Positions 19,800-32,108 of a stretch of 64,000 bases of DNA are shown in pieces (position 1 is the first letter of the stretch; each line of letters opens with the position of its first letter). The notes under the pieces are model-generated. The model did not search any database and had not been told where the DNA came from. It saw only the letters and a program-made list of their open reading frames with translations. The translations under genes and the position numbers were made by a program. The DNA is from Naegleria gruberi (lineage: Eukaryota), in the NCBI GenBank assembly GCA_000004985.1, contig GG738857.1, one strand, 5' to 3'.

Positions 19800-21293
19800 A
19801 TGATTACACCAAAATTTGAATGCATTCAAAATGATGAATTTGTGATAGTGACTATTTACATTCCTCATGTAAAGATGACGGAAATGGAATATAGTATTGA
19901 TAATAATTCTATTGAAGATGAAGATTATGCTCATACTAAATCATTGTTTAGATTTTATGTTAAACCATACTTTTTAAGATTACATTTTGCACAAGCATTA
20001 CAAGATGAAGGAAGTAATGATTTTTCAAAGTATGATCCCGATAATGAAAAGTTAATTGTTCATTTACCTAAAAAGAATAGAGGAGAATATTTTGAAAATC
20101 TTAATATGATTACATGGTTATTAGGATCGAATAGAGAAACACAAGGAACTACTTCATTATTTAATAATTTGACAAGTAATAATATCATTGCTGAACCAAC
20201 TGCACGTGATGAGAAGAAAGCTCCACTGATTGAAGTTGTCGAAAGTAATAATGATGATGAAAATAATGAAATGGATGATGAAGAAGGTGGTGGAATGTAT
20301 GATGACAGTGGTGTTTCTGAATGGGAACAACAATTACCAGGTGATAAGAGTGCGTCTGAAGTGATGAAGGAAGAATTAGGTATTGCCAAAGTTTATTATG
20401 GATTCAATAAGCAATTTACTGATATTTTCACAAAATTCTCAGAGGAATATATTAAAGAAATTATTGATACACCTTATCCAGAAGTTTTACCACAAGAGGA
20501 AAGAAGAAAGATTAGAGAAATGGAAGAAGTTGATGCATTTGATCCTGAACATTATCTTCTCGATATGATGAATAAGGATAGAGATATCAAGATGATTTTT
20601 GATTATAAACCAGCTTGGACAGTTAATCCACAACCAGTTCAATGGACAGAGAAGGAGCAAAAGATGCTCTCTGAATTACCAAAGAAGGAATATTTAATTT
20701 CAAACGAGTTATCTGTCTATTGTGGTCTAGTTGATTTGCTCTGCACATTTGCTTACAATTATAGAAGTTTTATGGGAGAAAATAACGTTGAAAGCTCTTG
20801 GACTATTTGCAAGATGAGTTCACAATTATCCTGGTTGGAAGAATTGACCAATCTGAAAGATACTTTACAAATTTTCATCAGTCGTTCATGTTGCTTTGCA
20901 TTATACAGAAACTTTGATTTGGCCCTCCAATGTATCAAAGATGTTGTCGATTTACTCATTCTAGGAAAGGAATATGTATTGAGAGCTCTTTTAGAAATTA
21001 AGGATATTTTAGCTCACACTTTGGACAAGTATTTACTCAACAAGATTTATGTTGATAATTATTGTATATGGATCCAAGGTGTCTCCAACCAATCTCTTTC
21101 ACAATTAGGTCAAGCCATTCTCAAAGTTGTCAATGAAGATTTCCTTGGCCAAAGAAGTGAATTCCTAATTTCCAATGCAGTTTCACTCAAAAAACTCGAA
21201 GATTATGCTCAAGATTCTCTCGAAGAAGTTGGTGGAAATGTCGATGATCTCGTAATGACTGAACAAGATAAAGAAAGACCACTGGCTCTTTAA
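19800..21293 (+). CDS. SHQ1: SHQ1 homologue (box H/ACA snoRNP assembly factor)
   Basis: The N-terminal CS domain MITPKFECIQNDEFVIVTIYIPHVKM...FRFYVKPYFLRLHF...LIVHLPKKNRGEYFENLNMITWLL aligns with SHQ1 (human [26 protein letters not shown]...FKFYAKPYFLRLTLPG...[24 protein letters not shown]). Confidence 0.8.
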   Translation: MITPKFECIQNDEFVIVTIYIPHVKMTEMEYSIDNNSIEDEDYAHTKSLFRFYVKPYFLRLHFAQALQDEGSNDFSKYDPDNEKLIVHLPKKNRGEYFENLNMITWLLGSNRETQGTTSLFNNLTSNNIIAEPTARDEKKAPLIEVVESNNDDENNEMDDEEGGGMYDDSGVSEWEQQLPGDKSASEVMKEELGIAKVYYGFNKQFTDIFTKFSEEYIKEIIDTPYPEVLPQEERRKIREMEEVDAFDPEHYLLDMMNKDRDIKMIFDYKPAWTVNPQPVQWTEKEQKMLSELPKKEYLISNELSVYCGLVDLLCTFAYNYRSFMGENNVESSWTICKMSSQLSWLEELTNLKDTLQIFISRSCCFALYRNFDLALQCIKDVVDLLILGKEYVLRALLEIKDILAHTLDKYLLNKIYVDNYCIWIQGVSNQSLSQLGQAILKVVNEDFLGQRSEFLISNAVSLKKLEDYAQDSLEEVGGNVDDLVMTEQDKERPLAL

Positions 21294-21480
21294 AACTGTG
21301 AACTAACTAAAATACCAATTAATTTCGAATATTGTATGAGCAGCTAAAAAATTCCCGCCAAAAATTTCTACAACACAACCAATATCCTCAACTGTATTTA
21401 TCTCTCACTACAAATTCATGCTCAAACAAAATCACAATTAAAAAAAAAACAAAGAAACCCTTCTTTAACCGTTTTTCATA

Positions 21481-22317
21481 ATGAATCATAATAACACAAG
21501 ATTGTCGTCGTTATCTTCGGGGGTAGTGATACAAGCAACGAGGCAAGTGAGAGATTTGGCGGCTATGGAGACAGCCTCAACCTCATTGAAATCGACACCT
21601 TCCGAGCCAGTTTGTAAGATAGTCACATCGTTGAATGAGAATACTCAACAAGTGGATGACAAAAGTCTAAATTGTGTACAATCAGATTCGAGGAGTGATA
21701 CTGTTTCGTCTGTGAGGGATTTGTGTAGAGCTTTGAGTAAGAAATTATCCCTCACACAACAAGATAAACAGAAAGATAGATTCCAATGTTTATTAGATCA
21801 TGTGAGATATTCGAATAGTGGATATCATCTAGAGAACTATTGTACATATGACAAAATTGTTGATTGTAATATATTTTCAAAGAGAGTACCAGTTTCAAAT
21901 GTATTGATAGAAGAAGTGACGTTTAAGGATTTTGCCACTCTGTATATTTCCTCCAAATTGAAACAATCCAACTTGAGGTTAATAGAAAAGGAAGAGCTAG
22001 AAAGAAGGTATTGTCTTAAATTAATGGCAACATATAGTAATTTTAGACCAGCCAAGCAGTCGTTAGAGATTCAAAACTCAACTGGTAATGAAACTGTCAT
22101 TGGTGGTAATTATCATGATACCATTTACTGCTGCGAGTTTACTCTTCCAAAATCACAAACCAAATCATTCATTTTACTGGAAGGGAATTCAGTTGATTCC
22201 AATCACAAGTTCAAGCAATTTTTACATGTATTTCGTGTCTATGGAGAGGATTTATTTTCAAAGAAAACTTTTAGTCATTCCAAAAATTTATGTGATATTA
22301 CCATTCACACCAAGTAA
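21481..22317 (+). CDS. Hypothetical protein
   Basis: ORF of 278 aa with no recognisable domain. Called on composition and length only. Confidence 0.4.
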   Translation: MNHNNTRLSSLSSGVVIQATRQVRDLAAMETASTSLKSTPSEPVCKIVTSLNENTQQVDDKSLNCVQSDSRSDTVSSVRDLCRALSKKLSLTQQDKQKDRFQCLLDHVRYSNSGYHLENYCTYDKIVDCNIFSKRVPVSNVLIEEVTFKDFATLYISSKLKQSNLRLIEKEELERRYCLKLMATYSNFRPAKQSLEIQNSTGNETVIGGNYHDTIYCCEFTLPKSQTKSFILLEGNSVDSNHKFKQFLHVFRVYGEDLFSKKTFSHSKNLCDITIHTK

Positions 22318-22507
22318 AACAAAGCACTTTTCAGTTATCATCTTCTGTTCCAGTCCATAAAAAATGTTATTCCAATGGAGAAGACAAATTAATGGTAACA
22401 CTCGATAGATCGCAGAGAAAATCTTTAATAATCATGGGGTAACCCAGTAAACAAGAGTTTTTAACAACCTTTGTTAAAACATCAAGTCAACGAATCCATC
22501 AAAAAAA

Positions 22508-23935
22508 ATGTCCCAACAATACTTTTCTCGTCAATTAGTAGTATTCTGTCTAGTGGCGGCTCTTGCAATGACCTCTATGGTTCAGGGTCATACTATGACA
22601 ATGCATGCAAAGCTCGTCAATGTCATTCATCAAGTAAAGAACAAGATGGCAACAACTGTTACAGATCCAATTCCAACACGTCCTCCACAACTTCCATCTG
22701 CATTCAATGCAACAGTAACTACTACAGTACCATTCATTGGACAAGTCACTGGTCCTTTCTATTTTGATTATGACAATTCAAGAATGAGAACTGATGTTTC
22801 AATGTTTGGACAATCTCAAGCATCCATTGCTTTTTACAATGAAATGGTTCAATATGATATCATGTTACCAAATGGTCCATGTCAAGTGAAAAAATTGACA
22901 GATCCTATTTATCCATTCATTATTCCACCATTTGCCACATTTGTTGGATTTGAAAATGTCAATTCTAAAAATTGTCAACATTGGAACCTCCATTTGAGTC
23001 CATATATTATGGATTTTTATGTTTCATCAGATTCTAATGAAGATAATGGAAAGGATACTTATTATGTGGTTAGATTTACACTTTCTACTGATCCTACCTA
23101 TCCTATTCCAATGAATGTTCAAATGGATTTTGAAAATGTTCAAGTAGGTCCACAACCTGATTCACTTTTCTCAATTTGGAAGAATGCTGGTTGTCCAGTT
23201 CCAAAACCACCAACCTATTATTCTGTCAGTGGATACACAAAGAATGCTTTGAATGGACAAGTTATTCCAAATATTCAAGTTTCTTTGAGTTATGGAAATC
23301 AATATTTCAAAACTGCCTCAGATAAGAATGGTCTTTTCACATTTGACAAGGCCTTGGCAGGTTCAAATATTATTTTGAGTACTGAAGGTTTCACTAATGC
23401 AGGTTATCTTCCAATCAAGCAAAATATTTCATCACTTTCTGGTAACATTAACGCAGGAACAATTGCTGATTTGTTCTTGAGTCCAGTAATTCCATCAGGT
23501 CAATGGAGAGCCATCTTGAGTTGGGCTAGCTCACCTCGTGATTTGGATCTTCACATGATGATGCCAAATGGATGTCATACTTACTTTTCTAATAAGCAAT
23601 GTTTCACTCCTCAAGGAAATGCCACTTTGGATCACGATGTTAGAAATGGATTTGGTCCAGAAACTCTAACTCTTTCACCAAGTTCCAATGCAGCCAATTC
23701 TGAATTCAACTATTTTGTTTATAATTATAGTAATGAAGCAAGTTATGTGAAATCTCAAGCCCTTGTAAAGATTTACAATAGTGCAGGATTTGTTAATCAA
23801 ATTCAAATTCCAACAAGTGGATATGATACAAGTGCTCGTTACTGGAAAGTTTTCAAGTTGGTTATTGATGGAAGTGGTCAACCTCAAGTCAAAATTATCA
23901 ACACAGTTTCTCAAACTAATTTAATAGTTTATTAA
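22508..23935 (+). CDS. Secreted protein with a carboxypeptidase-regulatory-like (prealbumin-fold) segment
   Basis: Signal peptide MSQQYFSRQLVVFCLVAALAMTSMVQG. The segment GYTKNALNGQVIPNIQVSL...NGLFTF resembles a CarboxypepD_reg fold. Confidence 0.55.
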   Translation: MSQQYFSRQLVVFCLVAALAMTSMVQGHTMTMHAKLVNVIHQVKNKMATTVTDPIPTRPPQLPSAFNATVTTTVPFIGQVTGPFYFDYDNSRMRTDVSMFGQSQASIAFYNEMVQYDIMLPNGPCQVKKLTDPIYPFIIPPFATFVGFENVNSKNCQHWNLHLSPYIMDFYVSSDSNEDNGKDTYYVVRFTLSTDPTYPIPMNVQMDFENVQVGPQPDSLFSIWKNAGCPVPKPPTYYSVSGYTKNALNGQVIPNIQVSLSYGNQYFKTASDKNGLFTFDKALAGSNIILSTEGFTNAGYLPIKQNISSLSGNINAGTIADLFLSPVIPSGQWRAILSWASSPRDLDLHMMMPNGCHTYFSNKQCFTPQGNATLDHDVRNGFGPETLTLSPSSNAANSEFNYFVYNYSNEASYVKSQALVKIYNSAGFVNQIQIPTSGYDTSARYWKVFKLVIDGSGQPQVKIINTVSQTNLIVY

Positions 23936-23998
23936 CAATTAATAAATTTTTTTCAGAAGTTAGATAATTACATTATGTACACATAGTTATTATTATAT

Positions 23999-24751
23999 TT
24001 ACAAATTCTGACCACCAATAATCTTTTGAATTATTTCCTTATCTTTAGTTTCCTTAGCATAATCCAAAATAGTCCTTCCTCTATTATCCTTAGCTTTCAA
24101 ATCAATTGAGTGAGTATCTATGAGAGCATTAATACTTTGTCTGAGTCCACTCTTTTGATCGAAAGGATTCTTCTGTTTACTCAATCTCTCCATTGCATAC
24201 ATTAGAACATTTCGACCTTTCTTATCCTTTGCATTAATGTTGAGTGAGTCCTTTTTCAAAATTGCAAGAACCAATGAAAAGTAATCAACACTGTACATTA
24301 AAATTGTTTTTCCCTCTACATCACAATCATTGACACTGTAATCTGATAATATTTTGAACATGATTGAGGAAAAACCCCGTTCAGTGGCAAACATTAGAGC
24401 TGATTGTTGAGTTTCAAATGTTTTGAGTGAATAGTCAATTCCTCCAATAGACATTAATCGAGTTACATATGAGAAATTTTCATTAATAATAGCATGCATC
24501 AAGAGAGTTTTTCCCAAATAATCTTGCTTATTGACCAGTCTTGGATTAATGAGCATTAATTTTTGAAGATGAATTGTAAATTTGTTATCGGAATTGGAAT
24601 CCTGAACACCTCCACTCATCATACACATAGAAAATAACATTTGCAAAATAATTTCATCCTCTCCAAGTCTGATTGTTGGTGAAATTATTTCTTGAATATT
24701 AACCTGTTCTGATGATTCATTCTCGAATTGATAAGCAACAATATGAGACAT
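23999..24751 (-). CDS. Ankyrin-repeat protein
   Basis: Repeated G(K/R)T(L/I)LMYA...G motifs spaced about 33 aa apart: GKTLLMHAI, GKTILMYSV, GRNVLMYAM and GRTILDYAK. Confidence 0.7.
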   Translation of the reverse strand: MSHIVAYQFENESSEQVNIQEIISPTIRLGEDEIILQMLFSMCMMSGGVQDSNSDNKFTIHLQKLMLINPRLVNKQDYLGKTLLMHAIINENFSYVTRLMSIGGIDYSLKTFETQQSALMFATERGFSSIMFKILSDYSVNDCDVEGKTILMYSVDYFSLVLAILKKDSLNINAKDKKGRNVLMYAMERLSKQKNPFDQKSGLRQSINALIDTHSIDLKAKDNRGRTILDYAKETKDKEIIQKIIGGQNL

Positions 24752-24835
24752 TTTTTAAATATGTAATAATATTAATATTAAAAAGAACGTGATTGTAATT
24801 TTAGAAATTTTAGTTGTATTTTATGTTTGAGAAAT

Positions 24836-25420
24836 TTAAGCTCTCTTCTTGTATTGTCTAGAAGCTCTTCTACCTCTGCCCAATTCACCGTATCTACCTT
24901 CTCTCTTAGTGCTACCGTGCTTGTATGGCTTGGCGTGAGAACCAGCTTGACCTGGAGCCAAACCGAAGTGCTTCTTGGCTTCAGTATTCTTGTTACCTCT
25001 CAAGAGAACGCAACCCTTACCGTCTGGTGAGATTTGGGCCAATTGATCGAAAGTCAAGACTTGACCACCGTTTTCAACAATTCTCTTTCTGGCAGTTTCA
25101 GTAACGTGCAAAGCACAGACCTTCAAACCCTTTGGAGCATCCAACAAACGAGCATCATTGGTGATGGTACCAACAACGACAGCAACTTCCTTCTTTTCAC
25201 CAACGAGCTTGGTCAATCTGGCGAGAGTGACTGGTCTTTGTTCTCTTCTAGTGTGCAACATTCTGGCCAAAACCTTCTTGTTGAATTCAGCACCAGTTCT
25301 TCTGGCCAAGAGCTTGTAGAGCTTGACCAAGATGGACAAGTAGACGTTTGGAGAAACCAAATTCTTTCTAACGGACTTCTTTTCGTGAGTCTTTGCCAAG
25401 TACTTCTTATCAATACCCAT
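24836..25420 (-). CDS. RPL18: 60S ribosomal protein eL18
   Basis: MGIDKK...LSILVKLYKLLARRT...VAVVVGTITNDARLLDAPKGLKVCALHVTETARKRIVENGGQVLTFDQLA...GRGRRASRQYK aligns along its full length with eukaryotic L18. Confidence 0.9.
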   Translation of the reverse strand: MGIDKKYLAKTHEKKSVRKNLVSPNVYLSILVKLYKLLARRTGAEFNKKVLARMLHTRREQRPVTLARLTKLVGEKKEVAVVVGTITNDARLLDAPKGLKVCALHVTETARKRIVENGGQVLTFDQLAQISPDGKGCVLLRGNKNTEAKKHFGLAPGQAGSHAKPYKHGSTKREGRYGELGRGRRASRQYKKRA

Positions 25421-25768
25421 CTTTAACTTTTGATGATAAATAAAAGCGTAACAGTGATACCTACTTTTTCAGGATTTTTTTTTCAACAAACTTTTAAAAT
25501 TTTTGGTTGAGCATTCTCTGGTTATTTTACAATGAAAAATTTTACCTCCAAATCCATATTGTTGTTCTCTTTTGCGTGTTAAAAAAACAGGGACAATTTG
25601 TTACTTTCATCAACACCATGATGTTTTGAACAATACAATCCTACCCGAGCTAATAAAACATGCAAATTGGAGTAAATTATTTTGCTATTGGATTCATCTA
25701 CCTAGTACTAGGATTATAACACATCATCAAGATAAACATTCATAATGATACAACTCACCGAATACTAT

Positions 25769-26998
25769 TTATTTCTTTTGGCCTAATTGTTGAGCAAATT
25801 GTTGATAGAATTTTTGGTATTGTTCTTGTTGCTCTTTGGAAAGTTGAGAAAGTTGAGAGTCAGTATTAGGATAGGATGCAGCAACTTTAGAACTTAGGGA
25901 GGCAGAGACCTGTTGATGAATATTGGTCTTTTCATTCGATCCCTTAATATAATTAAAGTAATCTACCTTTTTTCTATCATCATTGGCCAATGCTCCTTGT
26001 TTTCTTAGATTGTCTCTATATGTTTGTTCACTCTTCTTTTCATCAGCTTGTTGAGGTAAATAGTGTTGATAGTATTGTTGTTCTACAGATTTTGTTCCTT
26101 TGATATTAGTGGCAGCACCAGCAGAAACTTGTTGTAATTTGGAATTCATTTGTAAATGTTCTGGAATAATTGGATTTTCTGGTGTGTAACCTTCTGGATA
26201 GTGGAAAGGAAGTGAGGTTGTTGAAATTTTCTTCTCTTCCAAAGATTCCTTGATTTTGTTTTTCATTTCCTGCTCGTGACGTTTGGTGGCCAATGGATTT
26301 GGATCATCAGCACTCCAACGAATATGAATAATATCATCATTATCCAATGATTGACCTAGCATGGCTTCCTTTGCAAATTCAGCACACAATCTATTCTTGT
26401 ATTTTACAAAAGCATAACATTTTTCTGGAAATGCTCTAATATATTCAACTTCTCCCCATTCTTTGAAATGTCTCAGTAAAACTTCCTCATAATCAACTCC
26501 TGAAACATATTTAAATCCACTCACATATAAAGTACGACAATCCCTATTGAAAGAACCAACACCTGACATGTCATCACGATCAGTTGCATGTTTAGGTCTT
26601 CCGAAACAGTCTTTGGTAATTGGTATTCTACTAGCATCAGATGTTGTTGGTATTCTGTGAAGATATTTACATTCTGCTCCTTCAGCACATCTTCCATGAG
26701 CAAAGAATAGACAAAATACCGAATCCTTCAATGTACATCCAACAGTCCATCCAGCATCTGTTTTTATATTACATCTACTTTCTGCAGGTTCAATTTCCTT
26801 CTTTTGATGTTGTTGTCCAATATATTTATGATACCAAATGTTGTATTCTCCTCCGGTTTCTTCTTTTTGTAAATTTTGTTCGGCTGTTTTTCTTTGTGCT
26901 TGTACGCGAGCCTTTCTTATCTTTTTTACTCCACCACTGCTCGGGGATGGCACATCACTAATTTTATCTGATGATGAAGAAGAAGTTTGATTGACCAT
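25769..26998 (-). CDS. CWC2: Pre-mRNA splicing factor CWC2-like (CCCH zinc finger plus RRM)
   Basis: N-terminal NIWYHKYIG (compare yeast Cwc2 NIWYNKW). CCCH finger FCLFFAHGRCAEGAECKYLHRIP. RRM CRTLYVSGF...KCYAFVKY. Confidence 0.75.
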   Translation of the reverse strand: MVNQTSSSSSDKISDVPSPSSGGVKKIRKARVQAQRKTAEQNLQKEETGGEYNIWYHKYIGQQHQKKEIEPAESRCNIKTDAGWTVGCTLKDSVFCLFFAHGRCAEGAECKYLHRIPTTSDASRIPITKDCFGRPKHATDRDDMSGVGSFNRDCRTLYVSGFKYVSGVDYEEVLLRHFKEWGEVEYIRAFPEKCYAFVKYKNRLCAEFAKEAMLGQSLDNDDIIHIRWSADDPNPLATKRHEQEMKNKIKESLEEKKISTTSLPFHYPEGYTPENPIIPEHLQMNSKLQQVSAGAATNIKGTKSVEQQYYQHYLPQQADEKKSEQTYRDNLRKQGALANDDRKKVDYFNYIKGSNEKTNIHQQVSASLSSKVAASYPNTDSQLSQLSKEQQEQYQKFYQQFAQQLGQKK

Positions 26999-27163
26999 TT
27001 TTTTAATATTTTGTTTTTATTTTGATCTTTTGTTGTTAAAAGGCTAAATGTTTTTTTAGAAAATGTTCATACCAACATTTTGTAATCTTTAAATTAAATA
27101 AACAATGGAAACTGCTGGATCACACAACGAGACTATGATAAAATATGTTTTTATTAAGCTTTC

Positions 27164-27919
27164 TTATAAAACCATTTTCATGAGATTACAACAATCTCCA
27201 CAAGTGGCTGGAATTGTTTTGAAAGGCTTTCTAATTCTTTCAATCTTGGCACCGTTTTCACCTGGAATATAATCGACAACTTCATAGTTATCATAGTAAA
27301 GTCTGGCAACTTCCACAAATCCTACTTTGGCATAGAGTCTTTGAGAGGCAAATCCAGTACATTCAACCATAATTTGTTCATAGTTTAATTTTCTTGCCAA
27401 ATCCATTGATGCAGTGAACATTTTCTTGACAAGTCCAGATTGTCTGGCAAATCCATATGATCCAACAGAACAAATCTTTAAAGTTTTCTTTTCCAATTCA
27501 TGAGTATTGTTGGTTCGCTTCAATTGATTGTGATAGAGATCATGTAAATCATCCAACAATTTCAAATGAAGCAAAATACCTTCATCTGAAGAATGTGGTT
27601 CTTCCCAATCATTGTCATCACTACACAAGTGGAATGCAACAACCATGTTTGAATTCTTTTCAACAGCAATGTGTGAAACGCCACCTTGAGCACATCTCTT
27701 AACATATCCAACTGCGTACGGGAAATAAGCTGTTGGAGTAGTAGAAGTGCCAATAGCCAAAGGTTCTTCTTGAGCAAAAATCATGGCAAGAGCAAGGGCT
27801 GTCTGTTGGACGTATTCTTCTGTTAAAACACGAACTTCAAATTCTGATGGAAGAACATTTGGGTCAGATCCCATTCCATCAATTCTAATGACTTGAGTAA
27901 CATTATTTTGAGTATTCAT
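27164..27919 (-). CDS. GNAT-family N-acetyltransferase-like protein
   Basis: C-terminal FARQSGLVKKM...IMVECTGFASQRLYAKVGFVEVARLYYDNYEV resembles the GNAT acetyl-CoA-binding motifs A and B. Confidence 0.5.
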   Translation of the reverse strand: MNTQNNVTQVIRIDGMGSDPNVLPSEFEVRVLTEEYVQQTALALAMIFAQEEPLAIGTSTTPTAYFPYAVGYVKRCAQGGVSHIAVEKNSNMVVAFHLCSDDNDWEEPHSSDEGILLHLKLLDDLHDLYHNQLKRTNNTHELEKKTLKICSVGSYGFARQSGLVKKMFTASMDLARKLNYEQIMVECTGFASQRLYAKVGFVEVARLYYDNYEVVDYIPGENGAKIERIRKPFKTIPATCGDCCNLMKMVL

Positions 27920-28585
27920 TTTGGTTCAATTTGTTGATTGATAATTAATAAGGTTGATTTTCACGGTGTGATAAAGATAAGAGTTGCACCTCTAATTGAA
28001 TAATTGCAAGGTCTGTATAATGGTTTTCTTGTTGAATCAATGATGAAAGGTTCACCATATAGTATAATGTTATTGATTGTACTAAAAAGTTGTTGTGATA
28101 TTAATCGTAGAATTAATATACTAGCAATAGTATGTATCGGAGAAGAGTAAATGATGATACTAATTAATTTAGCTTGTTAAACAATCAGAGAGAGGAGTAT
28201 CTTAAGCAAAATGCAAGAAAACTTCGCGTTGTTGATTTGTTTGATTTTTTTCAAGTTGAGCGCGTCAAACTAATTTTGCACTCTCATAATCTTCTTATCT
28301 GTGCATTGATAGCAGCGGTTTTTTACATTATCGAAATGGTACCCACCAAAAATCTAGAAGGAGTTTTTTAAAGTGTTATGAAAGACAAGTAAGGTGAGGA
28401 CATTTATGGTTGCTACTGATAAGACGTTGGTCCAAAGGTTACAATGATAAAATATCAATGCACTACAGTTTTTTCTTGAATGGAATTAGGTTGCATTTGG
28501 AGATTTGGTTTAATGGAGATTAAGAAATGGAACAGGAATAATGTGAATATTTGGAGATGGAGAGTGATGCAGAATTGATATTATT

Positions 28586-30786
28586 TTATTGAGTAATGAC
28601 AACTGTTTGAGAAAGGGTATTGATAATTTCTTTGGAAATTTTACATTTTTCAATCTTTAACTGTTTCAATTTGCCCTTCTTGCAAAGTTTCAACAATTCA
28701 TCACCAGTGATGAGAGTATTTTCAGAAATGTCAAGAATTTCTAGAGATGGACAGTAAGCTAAATGTGCAAGTCCTTCATTGTTGACATGGATACATCTTT
28801 GAATGACAAATTCTTTGAGTGAGGTACAATTTTCCAAATACTTCAATCCACCATTGGTGAATCCTCTCACACCTGTCAAATTGAGATATTCAACCACGTT
28901 GCTCAAATGTTTAGAAATGCATTCTAATGACTTGTCAGTAATGTTGGAACACTTTTTTAGATTGAGATGAGATAAATTCTTAGAGTTGATAATAACTCTT
29001 TCAATACCGCCATCTGTAATCATATCAGAGAATGATAGGACAAGTTCTTTGAGATTGCAGGTCCAATCAGATATTACTCTTAAACAATTGTCTGAAGTAA
29101 GTTTACAGCCCATCATACTGAGCTTCTCTAATTTTGGAAGGGATCCAGATCTTACTCCAGAAATTTCCAACAAGTGACAACCAGTCAAATTAAGAACTCT
29201 AATATTTTGGCAACTATTCACAAGTTGAGTCAATCCCTTTGCTGTAATATGTCTGCAACATTGAAGAGTCAAGTCCTCCAATTCAGTCATTTCTGATAAA
29301 TACCTTACACCTTCATCTGTAACTTGGTGACAGAATGTCAAATCCAAATATTTCAATTTAGTTTTACATGCAGATTGAGACAAGTGCTTGACACCAAGAT
29401 CTGTTACATTTACACATCCTGTCATGTCCAAATAATTCAATTGAGAAAATTGGCTAATGTAAGACATGGCAGAATCATTAACTTTTGTACAACCTCTAAG
29501 ATTTAAATGGGTTAAATTTTGGCTGATATATGTCAAATACTTGACACCATTGTCAGTAATGTAATGGCATCCTTGAACATTGAGAGTGTGCAATGTTTGA
29601 AGACCATAATTTGGTTCTCTACTGTTTGGATTTCTCTTTGAAGTGAATCCAAAGTTTCTCTGATAATATAATACATTGAATGGTGTTGGAGCAATAGCTT
29701 TGCTAAACTTGGTATTTGTAAAACTGGAAATATCAGTTGATGCAGTTGAGGTTACATCATCATCTTCTTCACCAATGGCTTCAGTATTTTCATCATCCTC
29801 TCCATTGTATGATTGAGTATCAAATGCTGTACTACTGTATACACTTGCTGATTCATCAATTGAATCTAAATGTTGCTCATAATCAAAGTTGAGATCAAAA
29901 TTACCACTGATAGGATCAATGGCAGGTGGCATTGCCAAATAATCAGCATTTGAATAAATGTACTTGTGAGCCAATTGCAATAGACCCTTATCTGTGATTT
30001 GAAAATCTTCACTACTCCCTGAATTACACAAATCCAACACTTCCAAAAATGCAAACTTTCTTACAAACTTTACAAAGGTATCTTCATTCATCTTTCTCAA
30101 TGGTCCAAGAACTTGAACTGTGTGAACTCCTCTGATCCACATACATGCAACTATTTTTCATTTCGAATAACACGAAGATTCTTATACTTACACTTTTTAG
30201 AAACAACTGAAAAGTTCTTTGCCAAATAAACTACTGGAATATATTGAAATATTTGAACAATAATCTCATCAGGTAGATCAGAAAAACTAAATTCATAATC
30301 AGATCCATATCCAAAATCAATATCACTATATCTGATTAATTGACTTGTATCTTCTGGATAGTAAAACTTTTTTCTCAAATTTTTAATTCTCTTTTTATGT
30401 TTTCTTCGCTTTTGTTTGCTCTTACTTTTTAGGAAACTTGAATTTGATGTTGGACTTGCATTTACAATTAAACTTGATTTTTGATTATACGAATTGATAT
30501 TAGAATTTGTTTCCAAAGAAGATTCAACATTTATCTTTGGAATATGAGAGGAAGATGAAGATGTATTCTTTGCTGATTCGGCATGATTTACTACATTCGG
30601 GGATGGTTTTGAAAGGAACAATCGTGCAAGATTAGTACTTGTTAGAGAAAGTCTCTTGTCATTATTTGAAGATGATGTGACAGAAATAGTACTATTTGTA
30701 TGATGTGTTGTTGTTGATGGTGAAGATGCTCCTGTTGGTGTTGTATTGATAGGTGGTTTGTCTTTACTCTTTTTCAGGACAAACAT
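28586..30786 (-). CDS. F-box/LRR-repeat protein (FBXL-type, cysteine-containing LRRs). Two exons with a 41-nt intron at 30151-30191.
   Basis: Exon 1 (30786-30192) ends with the F-box LPDEIIVQIFQYIPVVYLAKNFSVVSKKC. A minus-strand intron GTAAGTATAAG...AAAAATAG follows. Exon 2 carries at least 10 LRR_cc repeats, e.g. LNLRGCTKVNDSAMSYIS, LDMTGCVNVTDLGVKHLS and LDLTFCHQVTDEGVRYLS. Confidence 0.8.
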
Positions 30787-31011
30787 TTTTTTCGAATGTC
30801 GATTTTCAGATTAGTTTAGTTGAGGAGGAAACATCTTCTTGGTGGTTCCTTGTTCTTATTGTTCAAAGTACCAATAAAGGTGATTGACTAGTTTTACAAA
30901 ATCTGATTGTTTGGGGACGCCAGGTCAATTTTAAAGAATTGCAAGTTTAATAGGAGTACAAAATATTTAAGGTGGATAATTTAAAACAAAATTGTTGGCA
31001 AATCAAGTTTC

Positions 31012-31987
<976 letters not shown>

Positions 31988-32108
31988 TTTTTCAAAGTAT
32001 TTAATTTTCCTTTATTAATAAACCTGATGAGGTGGCTTCTTCCAATTCCCTTCAAAGATAAAAATAAGATTTTTGCATTGTCATGATTGGGTTGAGCGAG
32101 TTGAAAGT

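Noticed and set aside
24827-25426. Plus-strand ORFs (24827-25030 and 25034-25426) antisense to the ribosomal protein L18 gene
   Set aside because: The minus-strand frame aligns end to end with eukaryotic eL18. The plus-strand ORFs are antisense shadows with skewed composition and no homology.
25480-25790. The snRNA-like words aatttttgg (Sm-site-like, 25497) and cttttggcctaa (U2 5'-end-like, 25775)
   Set aside because: The surrounding sequence does not reproduce any U-snRNA secondary-structure or sequence blocks. The second match lies inside the CWC2 coding region. I judge them to be chance matches.
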